From Alphaproteobacteria bacterium (lineage in GTDB: Bacteria > Pseudomonadota > Alphaproteobacteria > UBA828): DNA of 64,000 nt. Positions 46,412 through 56,324 of this stretch are shown here, in pieces (position 1 is the first letter of the stretch; each line of letters starts with the position of its first letter). The position numbers were made by a program, and so were the translations under genes. The DNA is taken from positions 864,001 through 928,000 of the forward strand of contig CAXXMU010000001.1 in NCBI GenBank assembly GCA_963667785.2, read 5' to 3'. The notes beneath the pieces are model-generated. The model was given only the letters and a program-made list of their open reading frames with translations, was not told where the DNA came from and made no database searches.

Positions 46412-47383
46412 TCACCGCTCCTTCACGTAGGGAACGCCGCTCGCCTTCGGCGGCACCGCCTTGCCGACGAAGCCCGCGAGCAGCAGCACCGTGAGAAGGT
46501 AGGGGAGTGCCTGGATCGCCTGCACCGGGATGATCCCGACGCCGGGAACGTCGACCCCCTGGAGCCTGGCCTGAACGGCGTCGGCGAAGGCGAAGAGGAA
46601 GCAGGCGAAGAGCGTCGGCACCGGGCGCCACTTGCCGAAGATCAGCGCGGCCAGGGCGAGGTAGCCCATGCCGGCGGTCATGTCGCGCACGAAGAGCGCG
46701 TTCTGGGCGATGGAGAGGGAGGTGCCTGCGACGCCGCAGAGGATGCCGCAGACGATCATCGCCCGGTAGCGCATGCCGGCCACCGAGATGCCGGCGGTGT
46801 CCACCGCCTCCGGCGCCTCGCCCACCGCGCGGAGCCGCAGCCCGAAGCGGGTCTTGTAGATGAACCACGCCGCCAGCGGGACCATGCCGAGCGCGAGATA
46901 GACGATCAGATTGTGGCCGCTCGCGATCTCCGAATAGATCTGCGCGAGGAAGGGCACGTCGCTCAGCCGGTCGGCGAAGGGGAAGTGAATCGGGCGGAAG
47001 CGCGCGTCGTCGGCGACCAGGGGCGTGTGCCCGCCCTGGCCGAACCAGGCGAGCGACAGCACCGGCCCGAGCCCCGCCACCAGGATGTTCAGCGCCATGC
47101 CGGAGACCACGTGATCGCCCCTGTGGGTGACGCAGGCGAAGGCGTGGACCATGGCCAGCGCCACCGAGGTGCCGATCCCGGCGAGCAGCCCCACCCAGGC
47201 GGAGCCGGTGACGTAGGCCGCCGCCGCGGCGGCGAACGCCGCCCCCAGCATCTTGCCTTCGAGGCCGATATCGACGACGCCCGAGCGCTCGGCGAACATG
47301 CCGGCGAAGGCGGCGAGGATGAGCGGGGTCGAGACGCGGAGCGTCGCGTCGACGACGAGAACGATCCAGGTCACCGCTTCCAT
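46412..47383 (-). CDS. ABC transporter permease (nucleoside/purine-type)
   Basis: ERSGVVDIGLEG, TRFGLRLRAVGE, GYLALAALIFGKW. Confidence 0.93.
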   Translation of the reverse strand: MEAVTWIVLVVDATLRVSTPLILAAFAGMFAERSGVVDIGLEGKMLGAAFAAAAAAYVTGSAWVGLLAGIGTSVALAMVHAFACVTHRGDHVVSGMALNILVAGLGPVLSLAWFGQGGHTPLVADDARFRPIHFPFADRLSDVPFLAQIYSEIASGHNLIVYLALGMVPLAAWFIYKTRFGLRLRAVGEAPEAVDTAGISVAGMRYRAMIVCGILCGVAGTSLSIAQNALFVRDMTAGMGYLALAALIFGKWRPVPTLFACFLFAFADAVQARLQGVDVPGVGIIPVQAIQALPYLLTVLLLAGFVGKAVPPKASGVPYVKER

Positions 47384-47385
47384 GT

Positions 47386-48513
47386 TTAGGCCGCTGCCAT
47401 GCTGCCGCCGTGGCGCGCGCGGCGTGTGAACAGCTTCTCGATCCGCCCGCGGAACATGTGCTCGAGCGCGCCGGAGAAGAGAATCACCAGGCCCTGCAGC
47501 ACCACCACCATGTCGCGCGTCACGTTGGGCATGTCGAAGGCGAGCTCGGAGCCGCCCTGGTAGAGCACGCCGAAGAGCAGCGCGGCCAGCAGGATGCCCA
47601 CCGGGTGGTTGCGACCCATCAGCGCCACGGCGATGCCGACGAAGCCGTAGCCCGCCGTGAATTCGAGCAGCAGGCGGTGGTGCACGCCGATGATCTCGTT
47701 GACGCCCACGAGACCCGCGAGCCCGCCCGAGATCGCCATCGCCAGCATGATCGAGCGCGCCGGCGAGATGCCGCCATAGACCGCGGCCGATTCGTTGTGG
47801 CCGACGGCGCGGATCTCGTAGCCCCAGCGCGTCCGCCAGACGAAGAACCAGAAGAGCACGAGGCAGAGCGCGGCGACCACGATGCTCAGGTTGAGCGACG
47901 AGCGGCCGATGTCCGAGCCGAAGGCGGCGAAGACGTCGTGGACGAAGGGGAGCCACGCATTGGCCTCGAAGGTGCGGCTCTCGGCCGCCTGCTGGCCCGG
48001 CTTGATGAAGACCTCGACCAGGAGGTAGGTCATCAGGGCCGCGGCCAGGAAGTTGAACATGATCGTCGTGATGACGATATGGCTGCCGCGCTTCGCCTGC
48101 AGCCAGCCGGGAATGAAGGCCCAGAAGGCGCCGAAGGCCATGGCGCCGGCGATGGCGAGCGGGATCACCACGGGCGCCGGCCAGTGGCCCAGGAAGAGCG
48201 CGATCAGTCCGGCGCCGAGCCCGCCGAGATAGGCCTGGCCCTCGCCGCCGATATTGAACAGGCCGCAATGGAAGGCGATGGCGACGGCGAGGCCGGTGAA
48301 GACGAAGTTGGTGGTGTAGTAGAGGGTGTAGCCGATCGCCTCGGGATAGCCGACCGCGCCGAGCACGAGCAGCCGCAGCGCCTCGAACGGGTTCTCGCCG
48401 ATCAGCGCGATGATGATCCCGGCGATGAGGAGCGCGAGTGCGAGGTTGATGAGCGGGACCAGCCCGTGGGTGACCCAGGCCGGTGCCTGGGTCGGCCCGC
48501 CGAAGCCGCTCAC
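47386..48513 (-). CDS. ABC transporter permease (nucleoside/purine-type)
   Basis: GLFNIGGEGQ, VITTIMFNF, GYEIRAVG, GYGFVGIAVALMGRNHP; GTGA overlap with ATPase stop. Confidence 0.93.
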   Translation of the reverse strand: MSGFGGPTQAPAWVTHGLVPLINLALALLIAGIIIALIGENPFEALRLLVLGAVGYPEAIGYTLYYTTNFVFTGLAVAIAFHCGLFNIGGEGQAYLGGLGAGLIALFLGHWPAPVVIPLAIAGAMAFGAFWAFIPGWLQAKRGSHIVITTIMFNFLAAALMTYLLVEVFIKPGQQAAESRTFEANAWLPFVHDVFAAFGSDIGRSSLNLSIVVAALCLVLFWFFVWRTRWGYEIRAVGHNESAAVYGGISPARSIMLAMAISGGLAGLVGVNEIIGVHHRLLLEFTAGYGFVGIAVALMGRNHPVGILLAALLFGVLYQGGSELAFDMPNVTRDMVVVLQGLVILFSGALEHMFRGRIEKLFTRRARHGGSMAAA

Positions 48514-50111
48514 CCGCCCCTGGCCTCCGCGTCCGCCGGGCGCTCGCCGGCCATCATCAGCCCGAGCGTCCGCTCGTCCGCCTCGGCCTGCGCGACCTCG
48601 CCGACGATCCTGCCGCCGAACATCACGAGGATGCGATCCGCCAGCGACATGATCTCGTCGAGCTCGACCGAGACCAGCAGGATCGCCTTGCCCGCATCCC
48701 GCATGGCCACGAGCTTGCTGTGGATGAACTCGATGGCGCCGATATCGACGCCGCGGGTCGGCTGGCCCACCAGCAGCACGTCCGGGCTGCGGCCCATCTC
48801 GCGCCCGACCACGATCTTCTGCTGGTTGCCGCCGGAGAAGTTGGCGGTGCGGAGCTGTGGCAGGGGCGGGCGCACGTCGAAGTCCTCCATGGTGCGCCTG
48901 ACGCCGCCGACCACCGCGCCCCGGCTCATCAGGGCGCCCGTGTTGTAGCGCCGCTCGCGGTGGTAGCCGAGGACGCCGCTCTCGGAGGCGTCGAAGGCGG
49001 TGACCAGGCCCATGCGCTGGCGGTCCTCCGGCACATGGCCGAGCCCTGCACGGCGCATGGTCCGTGCCGCCTCGGCATGACCGCCGGCAGGCGCCGGCGT
49101 GCCGCCCATGGCGATCGTGCCTCCTTCGCGGGCGAGCGTGCCGGCGAGCGCCTCCAGCAGCTCCGACTGGCCGTTGCCCGCGACGCCGGCGATGCCGACG
49201 ATCTCGCCGGCGTGAACGGCGAAGCTCACGTCGTGGACGCGGAGCACGCCGCTGCGGTCGCGCACCGCGAGGTTCTCGACCTGCAGCATCGCCTCGCCCG
49301 GCTCGGCCGCGCCCTTCTCCACGCGCAGCAGCACGCTGCGGCCCACCATCATCGCGGCGAGCTGCGCGCGGTCGGTCTCGGCTGTGTCCACGTGGTCGAC
49401 CACGCGGCCCGCGCGCATCACCGTCACCCGGTCGGTCAGCGCCATGATCTCGCGCAGCTTGTGGGTGATCAGGACGATGGTGCGGCCCTGCTCCCTGAGG
49501 GCGCGGAGGATGCGGAAGAGGTCGTCGACCTCCTGCGGCGTCAGCACGCCGGTGGGCTCGTCCAGGATCAGGATGTCGGCGCCGCGATAGAGCGCCTTGA
49601 GGATCTCCACCCGCTGCTGCAGGCCGACGGGCAGGTCGCCGACGATGGCGTCGGGGTCGACGTCGAGTCCGTACTCGCGCTCCAGCCGCTCCAGCTCCTG
49701 CCGGGCCTCGCTGAGCGTGGAGCGCAGCAGGTAGCCCTTCTCCACGCCGAGCACCACGTTCTCGAGCACGGTGAAGGTGTCCACGAGCATGAAGTGCTGG
49801 TGGACCATGCCGATGCCGTGGGCGATGGCATCCTCGGGCCCCCTGATCGAGACCGGTTCGCCGCCCACCCTGATCTCGCCGCTGTCGGCCTGGTAGTAGC
49901 CGTAGACGATGCTCATCAGGGTGGACTTGCCGGCGCCGTTCTCGCCGATGATGCCGTGGATCGTGCCGGGGGCGACGGCGACCGACACGTCCTCGTTGGC
50001 GTGCACCGGGCCGAACCACTTCTCGACGCCGACGGTCTCGAGCGCGGGCACGCCCTCCCCGCCGGAGGAGCCGCCCCCTCCGGCGGCCCCCCGGTGCTCC
50101 TCCTCCGGCAT
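48510..50111 (-). CDS. ABC transporter ATP-binding protein (two NBDs)
   Basis: GENGAGKST, ILDEPT, SGGNQQK, QPTRGVDIGA. Confidence 0.95.
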   Translation of the reverse strand: MPEEEHRGAAGGGGSSGGEGVPALETVGVEKWFGPVHANEDVSVAVAPGTIHGIIGENGAGKSTLMSIVYGYYQADSGEIRVGGEPVSIRGPEDAIAHGIGMVHQHFMLVDTFTVLENVVLGVEKGYLLRSTLSEARQELERLEREYGLDVDPDAIVGDLPVGLQQRVEILKALYRGADILILDEPTGVLTPQEVDDLFRILRALREQGRTIVLITHKLREIMALTDRVTVMRAGRVVDHVDTAETDRAQLAAMMVGRSVLLRVEKGAAEPGEAMLQVENLAVRDRSGVLRVHDVSFAVHAGEIVGIAGVAGNGQSELLEALAGTLAREGGTIAMGGTPAPAGGHAEAARTMRRAGLGHVPEDRQRMGLVTAFDASESGVLGYHRERRYNTGALMSRGAVVGGVRRTMEDFDVRPPLPQLRTANFSGGNQQKIVVGREMGRSPDVLLVGQPTRGVDIGAIEFIHSKLVAMRDAGKAILLVSVELDEIMSLADRILVMFGGRIVGEVAQAEADERTLGLMMAGERPADAEARGG

Positions 50112-50160
50112 GGGGCTTGCGCCTCGGTAGCCGGCCGGCGCCGGCGCCCGCGCCCGCGCG

Positions 50161-51150
50161 CTACTGCGCCATGTAGTCGGTCACCTGGATCGTGCCGGCG
50201 ATGATGTCCTGGCGCGCCTGCTCGATCGCCCCCTCCATCTCGTCCGAGACGAGGCTGCGATTGTGCTCGTCGAGCGCCCAGCCGACGCCGTCCTCCGCGA
50301 GGCCGAGGACCTGGATGCCGCCCTGCCAGGTGCCGTCCTGGGCGGCCGTGAAGGACTCGTAGACCGCCACGTCGACGCGCTTGATCATCGAGGTCAGCAT
50401 GGTGCCGGGGTGGATGTAGTTCTGGTTGCTGTCCACGCCGATCGCGAGCTTGCCAGCGTCCTTCGCGGCCTGGTAGACGCCGATGCCGGTGCCGCCGGCG
50501 GCGGCGTAGACCACGTCCGCGCCCCGGTCGAACTGGCTGCGGGCGAGCTCGCCGCCCTTGGTCGGGTCGTTCCAGGCGGACGGCGTCGTGCCGGTCATGT
50601 TCTGGAAGATCTCGATGTCCGGATTGACGTGCTGCGCGCCCTCCACGTAGCCGAGCGCGAACTTGCGGATGAGCGGAATGTCCATCCCGCCGACGAAGCC
50701 GACCTTGCCGGTCTCGGACGCCATCGCCGCCGCCATGCCGACCAGGAACGAGCCCTCATGCTCCTTGAAGATCACCGACTGCACGTTGGGCAGGTCGACC
50801 ACCATGTCGATCAGGGTGAACTTGGTGTCGGGGAACTCCTGCGCCACCGTCTCGACGGCGGCCGCCTGGGCGAAGCCCATCGCCACCACTACCTGCGCGC
50901 CGCGCCGCGCCATGTTGCGGAGCGCCTGCTCGCGCATGGAGGGGTTCGTGACCTCGAAGTCGCGGTACTGGACGCCGGTGTCCGCCTTGAACCGCTCGGC
51001 GCCGTTGAAGGCGGCCTCGTTGAACGACTTGTCGAACTTGCCGCCCATGTCGAAGACGACGGCCGGCGTGAAGTCTTCGGCCTGGACCTGTGTCATGCCG
51101 GCCACGGCGATGCCGACCGCCGCAAGCGCGGCGACGATGATTCGTTTCAT
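50161..51150 (-). CDS. BMP family ABC substrate-binding protein
   Basis: Signal peptide, GGKFDKSFN, FKEHEGSFLVG, AIGVDSNQ, SMIKRVD. Confidence 0.93.
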   Translation of the reverse strand: MKRIIVAALAAVGIAVAGMTQVQAEDFTPAVVFDMGGKFDKSFNEAAFNGAERFKADTGVQYRDFEVTNPSMREQALRNMARRGAQVVVAMGFAQAAAVETVAQEFPDTKFTLIDMVVDLPNVQSVIFKEHEGSFLVGMAAAMASETGKVGFVGGMDIPLIRKFALGYVEGAQHVNPDIEIFQNMTGTTPSAWNDPTKGGELARSQFDRGADVVYAAAGGTGIGVYQAAKDAGKLAIGVDSNQNYIHPGTMLTSMIKRVDVAVYESFTAAQDGTWQGGIQVLGLAEDGVGWALDEHNRSLVSDEMEGAIEQARQDIIAGTIQVTDYMAQ

Positions 51151-51282
51151 CAGGAAGTCTCCCTTGGGTACGCAGCGAGGGTGGGTCGAGCTTAGCCTGC
51201 ATTACTCACCAGGGTCACGGCCTGCGTCGCGTTCAGCAAAATGCCCGAATCATCCAGCGCCAATCCCCGATTCATACGACGA

Positions 51283-51295
51283 TAAGGCATTGATT
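51283..51295. promoter_or_regulatory. IHF-consensus site
   Basis: TAAGGCATTGATT matches YAA-N4-TTGATW exactly, inside an AT-rich patch at the island's left edge. Confidence 0.45.
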
Positions 51296-51568
51296 TAACG
51301 ATATTTGTTTCCTCCCATGCAGGCCGCCGGAGTCCACTCCGAAAAACGCGGCAGCAAACCGCAACCGGACTTGCCTCTTTCACTGTCTCGTCATGTCCAG
51401 CCGTGCCGCCCGGACATCCAGCACCCTTCCATTGTAAGTCTCCTGCACCTCCGGCCTGTCCGGGGCGCTACCCAGCGCGCCGTCGACCGGTGTCCTTCGG
51501 TGACCGCCGGGGTTCCATCGGCTTGTCGTCTCCATCGTGCGTGACCAATGCCGGTTATGCGAGAACCC

Positions 51569-52162
51569 CTACCCGTTCGATGCAGGCCGCTTCCGCAGCT
51601 TCATGATTGCGGCAAGATTCTGCACCCGGGGCAATACCTTCGACGGATGCCCATCGAACGGAATCTGCAATTCGAGACCGGTCCGTTCCATGTCGAACGA
51701 ATCTCCCTCCAATACCCGGATTTGCTCCACCCGCCGCCCTCGATGCACCTTTAGTACCAGCGAACCGTCGAGAAGACGCAGTCCCGAGACGTTCATTCCT
51801 GTCGCGCGCGTAATCACCCCTACAGTGACTATCGAGTCTCCCGGCTCCACGACCGCGGCCTCGATCATCCTTTCGTCGACCCAGAACGCCTTGAACTTGC
51901 TTCTCTCCCTCGGGTCCTCCCAGGCCAGCAGGTTCCATCGGACCGCCTCGAGATCGGCTTCGGACTGAGCGCGCAGCGCGAACCCCGCCGACTCCGCGAC
52001 CGACGGCGCGCCGCCGTGCCCCCGCCAGTCCGCCTTGTAGTCCGGGTTGGCCCTCAGAGCGTGCCAGTCGCCTATCGGACCCCGGATTTCCGTGTCTTGC
52101 GCCGTTGCCGAGTCCGCCAATCCAATCGTCTCCATCGAAAATCGTCCGTCCGGAATATTCAT
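51569..52162 (-). CDS. DUF6499/FseA-N-like transcriptional-regulator-domain protein (start 52162 or 52135)
   Basis: WHALRANPDYKADW resembles the WEFLRRNPxY motif; later RWNLLAWEDP resembles the RWGL..EDP motif. Confidence 0.55.
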   Translation of the reverse strand: MNIPDGRFSMETIGLADSATAQDTEIRGPIGDWHALRANPDYKADWRGHGGAPSVAESAGFALRAQSEADLEAVRWNLLAWEDPRERSKFKAFWVDERMIEAAVVEPGDSIVTVGVITRATGMNVSGLRLLDGSLVLKVHRGRRVEQIRVLEGDSFDMERTGLELQIPFDGHPSKVLPRVQNLAAIMKLRKRPASNG

Positions 52163-52387
52163 CCTCGCCGACACGGGACGCAACCGGCGCCTGGTCTGCC
52201 AGCCCTTCGCACCCTGCCTACGCCAAGCCCGCACCGTGCCATACCCCGCCGGTCCACGATGCCGTCCGCGCCCGTGCGGGTGCGCCACCGAGAGGGGAGT
52301 GCCGGCCGTGAGCGGGGCGGCGGTCGGGCGTCCGGGAGAGGGCGTCCGGCTGCCGCTTTCCCTCATCGGCACGAAGGAGACGGCACC

Positions 52388-52714
52388 ATGACGGCAGCCA
52401 TGGCGATGTCCGCCAACACGGCGGAGCCGTTCCAGGTTCATTTCTTCGGCACCGGCCTCGCCGACGACCGCTATGTGGTCGAGCGGTTCAAGGCCCGGGC
52501 GGACGGCGACATCGTTCTCGCCCCCGCCGAGGCGCTCGCGGCGAAGGGCCGGCGCAAGGTCAAGCGCACCACGGTCACGCTGAAGGCGGTGAAGGAGCTG
52601 CGGCCCGCCACCACCGAGATCATCATCTGCACCGGCCTCAAGACCCGCGGCGGCATCCAGGTCTGGGGTTCGATCGCGGCCGGCCTTCTGTGCGACCGCA
52701 AGCAGAAGGGCTGA
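52388..52714 (+). CDS. Hypothetical protein, 108 aa
   Basis: AAGGAGA RBS 7 nt before ATG; GC3-rich codons; no recognised family. Confidence 0.6.
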   Translation: MTAAMAMSANTAEPFQVHFFGTGLADDRYVVERFKARADGDIVLAPAEALAAKGRRKVKRTTVTLKAVKELRPATTEIIICTGLKTRGGIQVWGSIAAGLLCDRKQKG

Positions 52715-52899
52715 CGGCCTTCTTCCAGGACGTCCTGCCGGCCCTGCGTCCCCGGCTCGGGGGCCGGGGCAGGCGCCGGGGCGTCCTTCCGTCCCTTTCC
52801 GGATCGGCAGCAAGGAGGCCGCCATGGCTAGCCGCGACTTCGCGAAGAAACGGCGGCGCAATCTCGAACGCTTCCACCAGCGCACCGAGGAGCGCCGCG

Positions 52900-53123
52900 C
52901 CGCCGACCGCGCCCGCACCGTCCACCTGCCGCCGATGGCGGTGGAGCTGTTGGAAGCGTTGCCGCGCGAGGGCAGTACCTGGGTGTTCCCGGGCAACAAC
53001 CGGGACGGGCGCTACACCGGCGGCGGCCTCGACCATGTCTGGCAGACCGTCCGCGCCAGGGCCGGACTGGAAGACGTCCGGCTGCACGACCTCCGCCACT
53101 CTTTGTGCGGCGTAATCTCCTAG
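52900..53123 (+). pseudogene. Tyrosine recombinase fragment (central catalytic region, ends at HDLRHS)
   Basis: RTVHLPPMAVELL..WVFPG..VWQTVRARAGLEDVRLHDLRHS then premature stop. Confidence 0.85.
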
Positions 53124-53299
53124 CACACCGTAATCATTGATTTTATTTTTCTCATACAAGATCCGTAATCGAATAGTCACCGGATTCGATCATGTTCCAG
53201 GTGTCGCATGCCGCATGTCACGCCTGCTGCCCCCATCCGCCGCGATCCCTAAACGGTTACCGCATGCCCGCGCCCCACGATCCGTGAGGGGCATCGGAG

Positions 53300-53615
53300 A
53301 GGTCGCGGCCGCAAGCTCCATCAGGCCGCGCCAGCAGGTCCGTGTTCGAGAGCTGGCCCCGGAACCGGTGCTTCATCACCGCCAGCCCCCCGGTCACCAT
53401 CGGCGCCGCGAACGAGGTCCCGCCCGCCACCCAGGTGCCGCGCTCCCCCGCCGCGCCGGTCTCCTCGTCCGGCCCGAAATAGCCAGGGCGACGCCGTCGC
53501 CCGGGGCCGCGATGCACCACGCGGCCGCAAGACCGCAGCGGTTCGAGTACGCCGCGATCTCCCCGTCCTCTCCCACCGCGACCACCGCCACCGTGTTCTC
53601 GCGTAGCTCCGCGCG
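53300..53615 (-). pseudogene. Frameshifted S8 subtilase fragment
   Basis: VAVVAV..IAAYSNRCG.AAAWCIAAPG in one frame; GTSFAAPMVTGGLA (catalytic Ser motif) in another. Confidence 0.8.
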
Positions 53616-54203
53616 TGATCCCCGCCTCCAGGCTCGGAGACGCCGCGACAATCCCGTTCCGCAGGCAGTAGGGCTGGTTCGGCGCGCAACGCGTGTCCTC
53701 CCTGAGCTTCCCGGCGCTAAAGCCGCTTCGCGCCGAACGCTCCGGCCCAGGCCCCGGTGTCGAACACGCCCGAGGCCTCCTCGTGGCCGCCGCCGTGGAG
53801 CTTTCCGACCGGATGAGCGTTGCCAGCCGTGCCGGAGATGAAACGCCCGTCGGTCGGCTCCGTGCCGGTCCACCTGAGCAACCCGTCCCCGCGCCCCCCA
53901 CTGGCGTCGCCGCCGCCCCGCTGGAACCGGAATTCGAACTCTCCCGCTTCCCGCCGGATTCCCAATCCACCGAAGCGCCATGGCTGGACCGTCCGCCGAA
54001 AAAGCCCGGGGCCCGCTACGCCCCCGGCGCCATGCGCCAAGACGTTCAGCCGAGCCCGGCCTCGGGATCCGCAAAGGCAGGGCCTGAGGGTTTGCCATTC
54101 AACAGGCCAGCCGACGCTCAGCATCGGCGATTATCGGAACAAACGCCGAGGAAACACCAAGACGCGACCACATCGCGCATTCTGTCCCCCTTTGAAAAGA
54201 CAC

Positions 54204-55634
54204 CTACTCGTCAGACTCATTGAGAGCCAGCCGATCACGAAGTACCCGATTCTCCATTGCCATGGATCTAATTCGACCAACATCCATTCCTGTAAGTCGC
54301 AGGAAATGGAGATGAAACAGGGCGTCCAGTCTAAGACAAATACCATACATCTTACTGTCACCAATGCCCCTTGCCCTGCGCTCTACTCTCTTGTCATAGT
54401 GTGTCAAATAGTTCCTCATGTCAACTATGTCTTGCACCAGAGACTTTATTTCATTTGTCGTTCCAAACAGATCCTCAAAGGGCTCAATCAGTCGCTTTAT
54501 TCTCTTTCGCAAAGAAATCTCGTTCGCGTACTTCAGTCTGGACTCCATGAAATTTCTTCTCTCGGGCGGCACTAATTCGATAGTGGTTGCACGCAACCAC
54601 TCAAAGTCGTTCAAATTCATTTCAGTTTCGTCAGAGGTTCTTCTATGAAGAGTTTCTAGAGCCTGTACAAGTGACAGGAAGACGCCATTCAAATTCCTGT
54701 GGGCACCAATTTTAGAAGATAGGTACAAATCAAACGCTGGATATATAGTTTCGTAGTCGGCCAACCATCTCACGATCGTTTTTCCGATATCACCAGAGAT
54801 ATCATTGTATCCAAAAGTCTTGGAGATGCGTGTATCCGGTTGTTGATCTTGCAGTTGACTGTGATAGAAAATACTCGTCACAACCTCCCGATCCCATTTA
54901 TCCAGCTTGTTACTTGAATAACCCTTTACCCATTCTATCGCCACAATCTTGTTCATCACCAAGCAAAGGAAAGTGTGTATCCGGTGTAACATCACGAAAC
55001 AGCGTTCAACGGGGAGCAGCCCCTTCGACGTTAGAGAAACATGCATACGCTGAGAAATCGTGGATGACAGATGAGATACCTTGTAGTCGGGAAGAGAAAA
55101 TGAAGGCGAGAATACGAACTGGAGTCGAATTCCCTCTGGCAAGGCTATAGAAATGTCATCCGGCTGCGTGTAATGAATCGCCCACTCTGCCTTTTCGGAA
55201 TCCGAGTTTAACTTTGGACGAAATCCGGAGATTGAAAACCATTCGTTGAGATTCTCCAACGAAAACTCTATCCGTGAGAACGCAATTGGTTCGTCTTCGA
55301 CAAATGAAGCTCCAACGAACGCCGCGCCAACATGAAATCTCGATTCAGACACATACCCTTCGATAATTCGCACGAAATAGAAGGGATCGTCTACAGCTAC
55401 GCATTTCTCCAAAGTTACCGGGTCATTATCGACTATACCCAAAATACGTTGGGTTTCTTTGCCAAAGGGACTGTTACTTTGAAGCTGTTGGGGATCAACG
55501 GCGGTAGGTCGATGGACTAGTCTCAGCGTTATTTCGCCTGATGTCGAGATACGTAGAGTTCCGGGATAGTGCTGGCCCGGATGGCTTGGAAGCCAAAAGA
55601 ATCCGGGTTTGTCGATGGGATCGGACAGTCGCAT
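54204..55634 (-). CDS. ApeA-like HEPN protein (ApeA N-terminal domain + HEPN RNase)
   Basis: N-terminal GFFWLP..YPGTL, C-terminal FLSLVQALE.LHR and RNYLTH (RxxxxH). Confidence 0.82.
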   Translation of the reverse strand: MRLSDPIDKPGFFWLPSHPGQHYPGTLRISTSGEITLRLVHRPTAVDPQQLQSNSPFGKETQRILGIVDNDPVTLEKCVAVDDPFYFVRIIEGYVSESRFHVGAAFVGASFVEDEPIAFSRIEFSLENLNEWFSISGFRPKLNSDSEKAEWAIHYTQPDDISIALPEGIRLQFVFSPSFSLPDYKVSHLSSTISQRMHVSLTSKGLLPVERCFVMLHRIHTFLCLVMNKIVAIEWVKGYSSNKLDKWDREVVTSIFYHSQLQDQQPDTRISKTFGYNDISGDIGKTIVRWLADYETIYPAFDLYLSSKIGAHRNLNGVFLSLVQALETLHRRTSDETEMNLNDFEWLRATTIELVPPERRNFMESRLKYANEISLRKRIKRLIEPFEDLFGTTNEIKSLVQDIVDMRNYLTHYDKRVERRARGIGDSKMYGICLRLDALFHLHFLRLTGMDVGRIRSMAMENRVLRDRLALNESDE

Positions 55635-56000
55635 TGTCAGCCCTTGCTATGGCGTCATTTTTTGGAATGATGTGAGCGAGCCCGGTTCAGCCGTTCGATC
55701 CGAGGATCTGTTTTGATTTCGAAACAGCTGTCCCCGGTTTGGTAGCACCCAAGGGATAGCCGTGTGTAAGCCCTGTCAAGCGGAGCTGAGGTGTTACCAC
55801 TCCAACCGGAGCGCTTCGGCGGGTACTTCGGTCTCTGGGATGCATCACGCTTTATCGGCACTGCCCGAGGACCGATGCTCACCGCAATCGTGACGGACCA
55901 TTCCGGTGCCCTGTCCCCAGCCACTCTGAGGCGCTTCGGTGCCGGCCACCTCACTCATAGAAATCGCTACATCGTACCCGGGGACACCGACATGGCTACC

Positions 56001-56324
56001 TCAAATCGCCGCCGCGGCTTGGCTGTCGGGTCTCACGTCAACGTGTACCGTGACCCGCAGATTGCTGTCGAGCGCCGCAAGCATTTTCATCAGCCGGTCG
56101 AGCGTGAAGCGCCCGAGGTCCGCGTTCCGAATCCGCGAGAAATCCGCAGCGGCGAAACGGGTCAGCGCGGCGGCCTTGCGGACCGACAGACCGCGGTCGT
56201 CGAGCACCCTGATGATGCGGGCCGCCACCACCGCCTTGGCTTGCTTTAGGTCCGCGTCGGAATCGCCGATGTCGCGGAAAACGTTGCCGCTGCCCCCAAC
56301 CAACTCGAATTTGCTCTCGCTCAT
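56001..56324 (-). CDS. XRE/HTH antitoxin (HigA-like)
   Basis: GSGNVFRDIG, GLSVRKAAALT..ADFSRIRNADLGRFTLDRL; ATGA overlap with toxin stop. Confidence 0.9.
   Translation of the reverse strand: MSESKFELVGGSGNVFRDIGDSDADLKQAKAVVAARIIRVLDDRGLSVRKAAALTRFAAADFSRIRNADLGRFTLDRLMKMLAALDSNLRVTVHVDVRPDSQAAAAI

Noticed and set aside
51569-52999. 476-aa ORF as one protein
   Set aside because: The N-terminal 280 aa are antisense to the integrase fragment and the 108-aa gene and look non-coding; only the last ~190 aa carry motifs.
55655-56000. Short ORFs between the ApeA-like gene and the antitoxin
   Set aside because: No recognisable motifs, and they overlap each other or the antitoxin; probably intergenic or debris.
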